Shown here piece by piece: positions 9,352-17,745 of a DNA stretch of 64,000 bases. This DNA comes from an uncultured Coriobacteriaceae bacterium (lineage in GTDB: Bacteria > Actinomycetota > Coriobacteriia > Coriobacteriales > UMGS124). Positions within the stretch are counted from its first letter, which is position 1. Each line of letters starts with the position of its first letter. A program made the translations under genes and the position numbers. The stretch spans positions 15,723 to 79,722 of the forward strand of contig UQBS01000002.1 of assembly GCA_900539345.1 (NCBI GenBank), read 5' to 3'. The notes beneath the pieces were generated by a model, which saw only the letters and a list, made by a program, of their open reading frames with translations, had not been told where the DNA came from and searched no databases.

Positions 9352-10808
9352 GCCAGCTGCAAGAGGGCGCCGCTGTGCCCGAGCGCTACAAGCCCAATGC
9401 GAAGGCGCCCCGCACGCCTGCTCGCGAGGTCGCCCCGCAGGAGCGTGTGCAGGGCTTTATGCCCGTTGACCTGGGCTATACCGACGACGACGCCGTGCTC
9501 GAGGCGAACCGCTGTCTGGATTGCGCCCGCCCTTTGTGCGTGCAGGGCTGCCCTGTGGGCGTCGACATCCCCCATTTTATCGAGGCCATCCGTGCCCGCG
9601 ACTGGGAGCGCGGCCTGGACATCGTGCGCCGCGACAACCTGCTGCCGAGCGTGTGCGGCCGTGTGTGCCCGCAGGAGACGCAGTGCGAAGGTGCCTGCGT
9701 GCTCGCCAAGCGCGGCAACCCCATCGCCATCGGCCAGCTCGAGCGCTTCCTGGGCGACAAGGCCGACGAGCTTGCGCGCGGGGCTGCGGCCGATTCTGGC
9801 GCGTCTGAGGCCAACGCTGCGGGCGCCGCGCCGCGTCGCGTCGCGGTTGTGGGCAGCGGTCCTGCCGGCATTACCTGCGCTTTTGAGCTTGCGCGTGCCG
9901 GCGTTGAGGTCACCATCTTCGACTCGCTGTTCCGTCTGGGCGGCGTGCTTGTGTACGGCATCCCGGAGTTCCGCCTTCCCAAGGCCGTCGTTGCCCGCGA
10001 GCTTGAGGCCCTGGAGGCGCTCGGTGTGCGCGTGGAGACCAACATGGTCGCCGGCCGTACCTTCACGGTCGACGAGCTGCTCGGCGAGCGCGGCTTCGAC
10101 GCCGTGTTCATCGGCGTGGGCGCCGGCCTTCCCAAGATGCTCGGCGTGCCTGGCGAGAACGCATGCGGCGTGATGTGCGCCAACGAGTACCTCACGCGCG
10201 TGAACCTCATGCGCGCCTATGACTTCCCGCAGGTAGATACTCCTGTGCGTCCTGGCAAGAACGTCGTCGTCTTCGGCGGCGGCAACGTCGCCATGGACGC
10301 GGCCCGCACGGCGCTTCGTCTGGGAGCCGAGACGGTCACGCTGTGCTACCGCCGTACCGAGGCCGAGATGCCCGCTCGCAGAGCCGAGATTGAGCATGCC
10401 AAGGCCGAGGGCGTGCGTCTCATGGAGCTCGTGGGTCCGCTTGGCTTCGAGGCTGACGAAGCCGGCAACGTGTGCGCCGCCCGCCTGCAGCGCATGGAGC
10501 TCGGCGAGCCTGACGAGGGTGGCCGTCGCCGCCCCGTGGCGCTTACGGGGCAGGACGCCATCGCGCAGATCCCCTGCGACCTGGCCATCACGGCCATCGG
10601 CACGAACGCCTGCCCGCTCGTGGGGGCCATGGCTCCCAGTGTCGCGCTCAACCGCTGGGGCTACATCGAGGCCGACGAGGACGGGCGCACCAGCCAGCCG
10701 GGCGTGTGGGCCGGCGGCGACATCGTGACCGGCGCGGCCACCGTCATCCTTGCGATGGGTGCGGGAAAGCGCAGTGCGCACAGCATTCTCGAGTCCTTTG
10801 AGGCCTAG
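9348..10808 (+). CDS. NADPH-dependent glutamate synthase small-subunit-like oxidoreductase (NfnB/SudA/GltD family)
   Basis: N-terminal Fe-S Cys motifs (CLDC..PLCVQGCPV, CGRVCP...C), two dinucleotide folds (VAVVGSGPAG, VVVFGGGNVAMD), and C-terminal GVWAGGD. Confidence 0.85.
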   Translation: MSQLQEGAAVPERYKPNAKAPRTPAREVAPQERVQGFMPVDLGYTDDDAVLEANRCLDCARPLCVQGCPVGVDIPHFIEAIRARDWERGLDIVRRDNLLPSVCGRVCPQETQCEGACVLAKRGNPIAIGQLERFLGDKADELARGAAADSGASEANAAGAAPRRVAVVGSGPAGITCAFELARAGVEVTIFDSLFRLGGVLVYGIPEFRLPKAVVARELEALEALGVRVETNMVAGRTFTVDELLGERGFDAVFIGVGAGLPKMLGVPGENACGVMCANEYLTRVNLMRAYDFPQVDTPVRPGKNVVVFGGGNVAMDAARTALRLGAETVTLCYRRTEAEMPARRAEIEHAKAEGVRLMELVGPLGFEADEAGNVCAARLQRMELGEPDEGGRRRPVALTGQDAIAQIPCDLAITAIGTNACPLVGAMAPSVALNRWGYIEADEDGRTSQPGVWAGGDIVTGAATVILAMGAGKRSAHSILESFEA

Positions 10809-10998
10809 TTTCTAAAACACAAAACACCTGGTAGAGTGCGGTCGCGTCGCGGTTAAGCTTTTTTGGGAGCAGCCCAGACAAGCTTTGCGGACGCGACCGT
10901 TTTTCGTCAAAAGCCGAGTCGCATCGCCGACGCAATCCGGCCCCGGCAGTCGTAGAATGGTATCCGACTGTCCGCAATGTAAGGGGAGGTTTTTAGCT

Positions 10999-12402
10999 GT
11001 GAACCGTACAACCGTCGCCAGCATCTTCGCTAACTCCGAAAGCCTTGGGGGAACCACGCTGACCGTGGCGGGATGGGCGCGCTCCATCCGTGACTCCAAG
11101 GCCGTGGGATTCATTGCCCTCAACGACGGCAGCTGCTTCAACAACCTTCAGGTCGTCCTGAGCCGCGATGTCCTGTCCAACTACGAAGAGATCGTCGCGC
11201 AGAACGTCGGCACCGCCTTCGTCGTGACCGGCGAGCTTGTGCTGACGCCCGGCGCCCAGCAGCCCTTCGAGCTCAAGGCGCTTACCATCGAGGTCGAGGG
11301 CCCCTCTGCTCCCGACTACCCGCTGCAGAAGAAGCGCCACACCGTCGAGTACCTGCGCACCATCCAGCATCTGCGTCCCCGCACCAACCTGTTCAGCGCC
11401 GTGTTCCGCGTGCGCTCTGTGGCCGCCTTCGCTATCCACTCCTTCTTCCAGGAGCGCGGCTTCGTCTATGTGAACACGCCCATCATCACCGCCAGCGACT
11501 GCGAGGGTGCCGGCGAGATGTTCCATGTGACCACGATCGACCCGGCCAACCCGCCGCTCGACGACCACGGCAACGTCGACTACAGCCAGGACTTCTTCGG
11601 CAAGGCCGCCAATCTCACGGTGTCGGGCCAGCTTCAGGCCGAGAACTTCGCCATGGCGTTCGGCGACGTCTACACCTTCGGCCCGACGTTCCGCGCCGAG
11701 AACTCCAACACGCAGCGCCATGCCGCCGAGTTCTGGATGGTGGAGCCCGAGATCGCCTTCGCCGACCTCGAGGACGACATGAACCTCGCCGAGGACATGC
11801 TCAAGTATGTCATCCGCTACGTCATGGATCACTGCCCCGACGAGCTCAACTTCTTCAACTCCTTCGTCGACAAGGGCCTCATCGAGCGCCTGGAGCACGT
11901 GGCTTCCAGCGATTTCGGTCGTATCAGCTACACCGACGCCGTCAAGGTCCTCGAAGAGGCTGTTGCCGGCGGTTATGAGTTTGAGTACCCGGTGTACTGG
12001 GGTTGCGACCTGGCCACCGAGCATGAGCGCTTCCTCACCGAGCAGCACTTCAAGCGCCCTGTTTTTGTGACCGACTACCCCGCCGAGATCAAGGCGTTCT
12101 ACATGCGCATGAACGACGACGGCAAGACCGTCGCGGCCACCGACTGCCTGGTGCCCGGCATCGGCGAGATCATCGGCGGCTCGCAGCGTGAGGAACGCCT
12201 CGACCTGCTCGAGAAGCGCATCGCCGACCTGGGCATGAACCCCGAGCAGTACAAGTACTACCTCGACCTGCGCCGTTATGGCAGCTGCAAGCATGCAGGC
12301 TTCGGCCTGGGCTTCGAGCGCCTGGTGATGTACCTCACGGGCGTGTCGAACATACGCGACGTGCTGCCGCACCCCCGCACCGTGGGCAACGCGGATTTCT
12401 AA
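10999..12402 (+). CDS. asnS: asparagine--tRNA ligase
   Basis: Class IIb aaRS: OB-fold N-terminus, motif 2 FRAE.S.T.RH..EF, motif 3 GFGLGFERL. Start moved to the GTG at 10999, downstream of AAGGGGAGG. Confidence 0.9.
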   Translation: MNRTTVASIFANSESLGGTTLTVAGWARSIRDSKAVGFIALNDGSCFNNLQVVLSRDVLSNYEEIVAQNVGTAFVVTGELVLTPGAQQPFELKALTIEVEGPSAPDYPLQKKRHTVEYLRTIQHLRPRTNLFSAVFRVRSVAAFAIHSFFQERGFVYVNTPIITASDCEGAGEMFHVTTIDPANPPLDDHGNVDYSQDFFGKAANLTVSGQLQAENFAMAFGDVYTFGPTFRAENSNTQRHAAEFWMVEPEIAFADLEDDMNLAEDMLKYVIRYVMDHCPDELNFFNSFVDKGLIERLEHVASSDFGRISYTDAVKVLEEAVAGGYEFEYPVYWGCDLATEHERFLTEQHFKRPVFVTDYPAEIKAFYMRMNDDGKTVAATDCLVPGIGEIIGGSQREERLDLLEKRIADLGMNPEQYKYYLDLRRYGSCKHAGFGLGFERLVMYLTGVSNIRDVLPHPRTVGNADF

Positions 12403-12545
12403 GGAACGAGCGCAAGACGCCGCACCGGCGTCACATGAGAGATTACGCGCGGGGCGTGCCACCGGGTGCGCCCCGCGGTATAGTCTTCTGCGTGCTTGGC
12501 CACGATAGCCCCTAACCTGTTTTTGCTTCGCCTTAAAGGAGTCTT

Positions 12546-13193
12546 ATGCGCATCATCGCAGGCAGTGCCCGCGGCAGGGAGATCTCGGCCCCCAAAGGGC
12601 TCGAGACGCGCCCTGTGACCGACATCATCCGTGAGTCGCTCTTCAACATCTGGCAGTTCGACGTGGAAGGGGCCGACTTCCTCGACCTCTTCAGCGGCAG
12701 CGGCTGCATGGGCCTGGAGGCCCTCTCCCGCGGCGCCAACCGTGCCGTGATGGTGGACGCAGGCTCCGACCAGGTGCGTGTCATCCGTGCCAACCTCAAG
12801 AAGACGGGCCTGGACAAGTGCCATGCCGAGGTCGTGCGCGACGACGTGTTCCGCGTCATCGGCCATTTGGGCCGCACGCACCAGACCTTCGACATCGTGT
12901 ACCTCGACCCGCCCTTCACGGTGGATGAGATCTTCATCCCTGTCATGGAGGCCCTGGCCGACGGCGCCCTGCTCGCCGAGGGCGGCACGGTCGCCATCCG
13001 CACACGCGACCGCAAGGAGATGCCCGACGACTTCGGCGTGCTGCACAAGGTGCGCCTGAAGCGCTACGGCAGCTCTACGGTGCACTTCTACGAGCGCGTG
13101 GAGGAGGACCGCCAGGACGAGCCTGAGACCGCATCTGAGGACGCTCAGGTTGACGGTGACCTCGCAGCACAGGAGCGCAGCCAGGATGCATAG
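12546..13193 (+). CDS. rsmD: 16S rRNA (guanine966-N2)-methyltransferase RsmD family, with acidic C-terminal tail
   Basis: MRIIAG..RG..L..P....TRP, DLF.GSG..G.EALSRGA and the DPPF motif. Confidence 0.85.
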   Translation: MRIIAGSARGREISAPKGLETRPVTDIIRESLFNIWQFDVEGADFLDLFSGSGCMGLEALSRGANRAVMVDAGSDQVRVIRANLKKTGLDKCHAEVVRDDVFRVIGHLGRTHQTFDIVYLDPPFTVDEIFIPVMEALADGALLAEGGTVAIRTRDRKEMPDDFGVLHKVRLKRYGSSTVHFYERVEEDRQDEPETASEDAQVDGDLAAQERSQDA

Positions 13194-13722
13194 GCAGATG
13201 CGTCGCATCAAGCAGCAGCTGAGCCATGAGGCGGCCGTGCAGGTCATGCGCGAGGCGACTTCGGGCGTGTTGGCACTTGAGGGTGACGACGGCTATCCGT
13301 ATGCCGTACCCATCAGCCATGTCTGGACTGACGAATGCCTGGGCGGCGAAGATGAGTCCATCGGCCGCATCTATTTTCACAGTGCTCGCGAGGGTTACAA
13401 GATCGACTCCATCATGGACAGCGAGAAGGCGTCGTTTGCCGTGGTGGTGCGCGACGAGATTGTGCCCGACGAGTACACCACGTACTTCAAGAGCGCCATT
13501 GCCACCGGGCGCGTGCACGTGCTTGAAGACGACGAGGAGCGCCTGCGCGGCCTTCGCGCCCTGGCTGAGAAGTACAACCCCGGCCAGCAGGAAAGCGCCG
13601 AGAAGGAGATCTCAGGGGCGATGAGCCATGTGGCCGTCATCGCCTTTGAAGTGGAGGAGCTCACCGGTAAGCAGGCACGCGAGCTTGCGATCCGCGAGGC
13701 CAAGGCTTCTGGGGTGGAGTAG
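13186..13722 (+). CDS. pyridoxamine 5'-phosphate oxidase family (flavin-binding split-barrel) protein
   Basis: Pattern typical of PNPOx-like proteins: a general stress / nitroimidazole-reductase-like N-terminus (GVLAL..DDGYPYAVP) and S.R..G...V. Start at the ATG overlapping the rsmD stop. Confidence 0.7.
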   Translation: MHRQMRRIKQQLSHEAAVQVMREATSGVLALEGDDGYPYAVPISHVWTDECLGGEDESIGRIYFHSAREGYKIDSIMDSEKASFAVVVRDEIVPDEYTTYFKSAIATGRVHVLEDDEERLRGLRALAEKYNPGQQESAEKEISGAMSHVAVIAFEVEELTGKQARELAIREAKASGVE

Positions 13723-13769
13723 GCCCAGGTTGCAAGTTGTGGTCAGTTCATGAAGCAAAGGTTGCTTCA

Positions 13770-13798
13770 TTGACCTGAAACACGCGATGCCCTATATT
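13770..13798 (+). promoter_or_regulatory. sigma-70-like promoter for the tRNA-Met gene
   Basis: TTGACC (13770-13775), 17-nt spacer, TATATT (13793-13798), about 30 nt upstream of the tRNA 5' end. Confidence 0.55.
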
Positions 13799-13826
13799 TA
13801 CTTCTTGCCGAAAGGCACTCTCCAAT

Positions 13827-13903
13827 TGCGGGATGGAGCAGTCTGGTAGCTCGCCGGGCTCATAACCCGGAGGTCGTCGGTTCAAATCCGGCTCCCGCGA
13901 CCA
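13827..13903 (+). tRNA. tRNA-Met (anticodon CAU), initiator-like
   Basis: 77 nt, very similar to E. coli tRNA-fMet as I recall it (GGAGCAG..TGGTAGCTCG.CGGGCTCATAACCCG.AGGTCGTCGGTTCAAATCCGGC). Has the three G-C pairs in the anticodon stem and a weak 1:72 pair (U1-G72). Confidence 0.9.
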
Positions 13904-13912
13904 AGAAATTTC

Positions 13913-13944
13913 AGCTCAGGGACGTAAGTTCCTGAGCTTTTTTC
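13913..13944 (+). terminator. intrinsic terminator after tRNA-Met
   Basis: Stem AGCTCAGG/CCTGAGCT followed by a T6 run. Confidence 0.8.
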
Positions 13945-13984
13945 GTTTATGGAGCAGTTCGCTGGTAACTATCAACTCAGCAAT

Positions 13985-14014
13985 CAAAAAAGAGGGCCCC
14001 TTGCGGGGCCCTCT
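13985..14014 (-). terminator. intrinsic terminator of the EF-G-like gene
   Basis: On the minus strand, AGAGGGCCCC-GCAA-GGGGCCCTCT followed by TTTTTT. Confidence 0.8.
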
Positions 14015-14049
14015 TGCGTGCGGGTGGTGATGTGCCGCGAGCTGCCTGA

Positions 14050-16116
14050 TTACCTGCCCTCGGAGCGGCTCTTCTGGTAAGCCTCGACGAGCTTGGCGGC
14101 GGTGTCGTAGGGCACCTGCTCGTAGCCCTCGAGCTCGTAGGAGAACTCGCCGGTGCCGCGGGACAGAGACCTCAGGCGCGTGGAGTAGTCGGTGATCTCG
14201 GCGAAGGGCACGGTGGCGATGACCACGGTGTTGCCACGGCCGTCGGAGTCCATGCCGGTGACGCGGCCGCGCGAGGCGGAGATGTCGCCGGTGACGGCGC
14301 CGGCGTAGGCGTCGGGCACGGTGATGGTCATGTTGGCCATGGGCTCGAGGATGACGGGGTCGGCGTGCTCGGCAGCGGCACGGAAGCCGATGCGGGCGGC
14401 CGTTTTGAACGCGATCTCGCTGGAGTCAACGGGGTGGTAGGAACCGTCGTAGCAGGCGACCTTGACGTCGACCATGGGATAGCCGGCCAGGACGCCCTCA
14501 GTGAGGGTCTCCTGGATGCCCTTGTCCACTGCAGGGATGTACTGGCGAGGAATCTTGCCGCCCACGATCTCGTCGAGGAACTCGTAGCCACCGCCGGGGT
14601 TGGGCTCAAGGCGCAGCCAGCAGTCGCCGAACTGGCCGGCGCCGCCCGTCTGCTTCTTGTGACGACCCTGGGCGCTGGCGGCCTTGCGGATGGTCTCGCG
14701 ATAGGGGATGCGCAGGGGCTCGAGGATGGCCTCGACGCCGGTGCGCTCGGCCAGGCGGTTCACCATGACGCTTACCTGGGCCTCGCCCACGGCGCTCACC
14801 ACGGTCTGGTGTGTTTCCTCGTTGCGCGTGACGCTGATGGTGGGGTCGGCATCGCAGGTCTTCTCGAGGAAGGCGCTGAGCTTGTCCTCCTCGTTGCGGT
14901 TCTTCGCGCGAATGGCCACCTGGTAGAGCGAGTTGGAGAAGCGGAAGGCCTGGGCCTCGACCTTGCCGGTGGCGCTCAGGGTGTCGCCCGTGTTGACCTC
15001 GAGCTTGGGCACCACGATGATGTCGCCGGCCAGGGCTTTCTTGACGTCGGTGGTCTCACGGCCGCACATGAGGTAGAGGTGACCCAGGCGCTCGGAGGAC
15101 TGGGTGCGCGCGCAGATGAGCTCCATGCCGGGCTCGAGCGTGCCGGCAAGCACCTTGAGGAAGGACAGACGGCCCGTCTGGGCGTCGTTCAGGGTCTTGA
15201 AGACGAAGGCGACGGGGCGCTCGTCGGCGGAGCTGATCTTGAGCATCGTGCCGTCGGTGAGGGGCATCTCGCCAAAGTCGGTGGGGGTGGGGAAGTAGGT
15301 CACGATGTCGTCGAGCAGGGCGTTGACGCCCTTCTCCTGCACGGCTGCGCCCACGTAGACGGGCACGAGCATGCGCTGGGCGATGGCGGTGCCCAGAAGG
15401 CCCTCGAGCTCCTCCTGGGTAAGGGCCTCGCCCTCGAGGTACTTCATCATGAGTTCCTCGTCGGCCTCAACGGCCAGGTCGCACAGGGCCTCGCGTGCGG
15501 AGGCGGCGGCGTCGGCGTACTCGGCGGGAATCTCGCCCACGATTTCCTTGCCCTCGGCATCGTAGGTGCGGGCCTGCATGTGGATGACGTCGATGAGGCC
15601 CTTGAAGTCGGGGCCGACACCCATGGGGATGCTGACGAGGCCCAGGTGGTTGCCGAAGCGATCCTGCAGGCCGGCCATGGTGAGGTCGAGGTCGGCGTTG
15701 TCCTTGTCGATGCGGTTGATGAAGACGGCGCGCGCGACGGGCTGCTCGTCGGTGGCGTACCACAGCTTCACAGTCGTGGGCTGGGGTCCCTCCACCGCGT
15801 CAACCACGAAAAGGGCCGTTTCGGCCACGGAGATGGCGGCGTAGGCGTCGCCGATGAAGTCAGGGTAGCACGGGGCGTCGAGAACGTTGATCTTGCAACC
15901 CTTGTGCTCCACGGGCGCGATGGAGGTGGAGATGGAGAAGTTGCGCTTGCTCTCTTCGGGGTCGAAGTCGAGCGTGGGCTTCGAGCCGGCGTGGCCTCCC
16001 AGGCGGGCGGTCTTGCCGGTGAGATGCAGCATGGCCTCGGCAAGCTTAGTCTTGCCGACGCCTCCCTGTCCCACAAGGACTACGTTGCGAACCTTATCGG
16101 TCTGAGGTGCAGCCAT
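14050..16116 (-). CDS. elongation factor G paralogue (EF-G-like translational GTPase)
   Basis: Full five-domain EF-G architecture by length and motifs (DAPCYPDF for G3, INRID for G4). The P-loop is divergent: GQGGVGKT instead of AHIDAGKT. Confidence 0.8.
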   Translation of the reverse strand: MAAPQTDKVRNVVLVGQGGVGKTKLAEAMLHLTGKTARLGGHAGSKPTLDFDPEESKRNFSISTSIAPVEHKGCKINVLDAPCYPDFIGDAYAAISVAETALFVVDAVEGPQPTTVKLWYATDEQPVARAVFINRIDKDNADLDLTMAGLQDRFGNHLGLVSIPMGVGPDFKGLIDVIHMQARTYDAEGKEIVGEIPAEYADAAASAREALCDLAVEADEELMMKYLEGEALTQEELEGLLGTAIAQRMLVPVYVGAAVQEKGVNALLDDIVTYFPTPTDFGEMPLTDGTMLKISSADERPVAFVFKTLNDAQTGRLSFLKVLAGTLEPGMELICARTQSSERLGHLYLMCGRETTDVKKALAGDIIVVPKLEVNTGDTLSATGKVEAQAFRFSNSLYQVAIRAKNRNEEDKLSAFLEKTCDADPTISVTRNEETHQTVVSAVGEAQVSVMVNRLAERTGVEAILEPLRIPYRETIRKAASAQGRHKKQTGGAGQFGDCWLRLEPNPGGGYEFLDEIVGGKIPRQYIPAVDKGIQETLTEGVLAGYPMVDVKVACYDGSYHPVDSSEIAFKTAARIGFRAAAEHADPVILEPMANMTITVPDAYAGAVTGDISASRGRVTGMDSDGRGNTVVIATVPFAEITDYSTRLRSLSRGTGEFSYELEGYEQVPYDTAAKLVEAYQKSRSEGR

Positions 16117-16338
16117 ACCAGTCTCCTAACCTCGACATTGACGACCCCCTGACTCAGGCTGCCGTTTGGCGGCGCGGCGGGGGGCATAGACACGAGCTTG
16201 AAACCGAACATGCGTGCATGTCAGATATCTTATTCACAATTCCTGCAAAAAACAATATACTGTCTCTTACGTCGCCGAAAGGCGGAGCAAAAGGTACCCT
16301 GCCGTGGATGGCGGGGTCACGGAGCAAAGGAGCGCATC

Positions 16339-16635
16339 ATGGGTCTCAAAGCTGCTGAACCGCTTCAAATCGCACCTGAGGAGCTCTCGTCCTACCTGAG
16401 CGCCAAGCATGCCGTGTACATGGACTACGCTGGTGCTTCCTACTACCTGACCGACGCCAACGAGAACTATTGGCGCGTTCAGGACACCGCCGCGCTCAAC
16501 GACAAAGGGCATTACACCGACGTGACGTCGCCCTTGGCCCGCGTCGAGGAGTTCCTCGCCGAGCCTGCCGTTGACGGCAAGTCCATCGCCGACATGGCAC
16601 CCGAGGCCACCTTCTACGCATCGGAGAAGAAGTAA
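16339..16635 (+). CDS. hypothetical protein (98 aa)
   Basis: ATG at 16339 preceded by AAAGGAGCG. Acidic soluble protein with no recognisable family. Confidence 0.5.
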   Translation: MGLKAAEPLQIAPEELSSYLSAKHAVYMDYAGASYYLTDANENYWRVQDTAALNDKGHYTDVTSPLARVEEFLAEPAVDGKSIADMAPEATFYASEKK

Positions 16636-16665
16636 GGGTTTCCGCCTGCAATACGCGTGTAAGAA

Positions 16666-16718
16666 GAAACCCCGCAGGTTTCAAGCCCTGAAGGAGGGCG
16701 AGGAACCTGCGGGGTTTC
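16666..16718. terminator. bidirectional hairpin between convergent genes
   Basis: 15-bp perfect arms GAAACCCCGCAGGTT / AACCTGCGGGGTTTC with a 23-nt loop. Confidence 0.6.
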
Positions 16719-16733
16719 GTGTGCTGAGGATGC

Positions 16734-17039
16734 TCATACGAGCCGAGCGTAGTCCTGCGTTTGGTGAAAGATGTGGGCGATAACGATTTTGTCGTTGGTG
16801 ACTTTGTACAAGGCTACGTAACGCTTGATGTGGATGGGGCGATATCCGAGTGCGGCGAGTTCGGGTAGATGCGACAGCGGATGCATGAGGGGCATCTCAC
16901 ATACCAGGGTTATCTGGTGGTCGAACTCGTTCATGAATTCGTTTGCGGCCGCAGGGCTGAGTAGGGTTGAGGCCAAATATGAGACCATGGACTCGTATTC
17001 GCGCTGCGCCTCACGGGTGATGACTGCCTTATAGGTCAT
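16734..17039 (-). CDS. type II toxin-antitoxin system RelE/ParE family toxin
   Basis: About 100 aa with a family-typical pattern (A..D...I..Y........A..F...........L...P..G.........R......Y...Y......I.I..I.H...D). Overlaps the upstream antitoxin gene by 11 nt. Confidence 0.75.
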   Translation of the reverse strand: MTYKAVITREAQREYESMVSYLASTLLSPAAANEFMNEFDHQITLVCEMPLMHPLSHLPELAALGYRPIHIKRYVALYKVTNDKIVIAHIFHQTQDYARLV

Positions 17040-17295
17040 AGCGCTGACGGATCGAGGCAGAGAAGGCCGAGAAGTCCGTGTAATCACCCGAGGCAATTTC
17101 GGTTTCGGCAAGCAACATGCGAGAGAGAAGTTTTGCCTTAGCGACTTCCTCGCGCTGCGCCTCGTATTCTTCGTTGCTCAGGCAATGCATCGCGCTGTAT
17201 CCATTGCGCGTCACTGTGACATCGTGCTCCCGTTCAACGAGAGAGGCAAACGCCGCGGTATCTTTCATATCTCGAACCGGTACACAAACAGGCAT
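17029..17295 (-). CDS. type II antitoxin (Phd/YefM-RelB-like)
   Basis: 88 aa. The N-terminus (PVRDMKDTAAFASLVEREHDVTVTRNGYSAMHCLSNEEYE) matches the Phd/YefM-type beta-alpha fold pattern. Sits immediately upstream of the toxin and overlaps it. Confidence 0.7.
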   Translation of the reverse strand: MPVCVPVRDMKDTAAFASLVEREHDVTVTRNGYSAMHCLSNEEYEAQREEVAKAKLLSRMLLAETEIASGDYTDFSAFSASIRQRYDL

Positions 17296-17419
17296 CAGGA
17301 CCCTCCTTCACCTAACTGTGGCCAAATTGTACCACGAACAGACACTAGCCTAAAAGAGCGATCCTGGAAGGTGCTTTGGCTCGGCGGGAGAGCTTTCGAA
17401 AGCTTGTGTCCGGGGTCCT

Positions 17420-17619
17420 TGATTCGCCACTTATACGAGAACGCTGAGGTCCTCTCCGTCACCGGTGAGGTCATCCCCCGTCTGTACGCATCCGGCAACA
17501 ACTCCGGCATCGGCGGCCCGGGCCTCTTCTACAACGGCGCCGGCGGAACCCTGGGCCCTGGCTTCACCTTTGCCTACATCGCAGGCATGAACGCCGCGCA
17601 GCTGACTCCCTGGGAGTAA
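17420..17619 (+). pseudogene. 3'-terminal remnant of an FAD-dependent (fumarate reductase/flavocytochrome c family) reductase gene
   Basis: The translation ...ENAEVLSVTGEVIPRLYASGNNSGIGGPGLFYNGAGGTLGPGFTFAYIAGMNAA matches only the last ~65 residues of this family (compare the C-terminus of the 20741-22552 product, [14 protein letters not shown]...GGNSF...FGRIAG). No upstream domains are present; the toxin-antitoxin pair lies where they should be. Confidence 0.65.
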
Positions 17620-17745
17620 GACAGGCTGTAAACCCCTCTTTGGGCGCTTCTCCTTCGGGAGGGGCGCCTTTTCTCGTTGTTGGATTGTTTCTGGTGTGTT
17701 AACCTGCTTAAATGCTCATCCGACGAGAAAAAGAGGGGGCTCGCT

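Noticed and set aside
9090-10781. 563-aa minus-strand ORF
   Set aside because: It is antisense to the NfnB/GltD-like gene, with a low-complexity Arg/Ala/Gly/His composition. Shadow ORF.
10809-10998. Possible T-box leader or other riboswitch upstream of asnS
   Set aside because: I looked for the T-box consensus and specifier-loop features and did not find them. I saw only terminator-like inverted repeats (GGTCGCGTC...GACGCGACC plus a T-run) that probably end the preceding operon.
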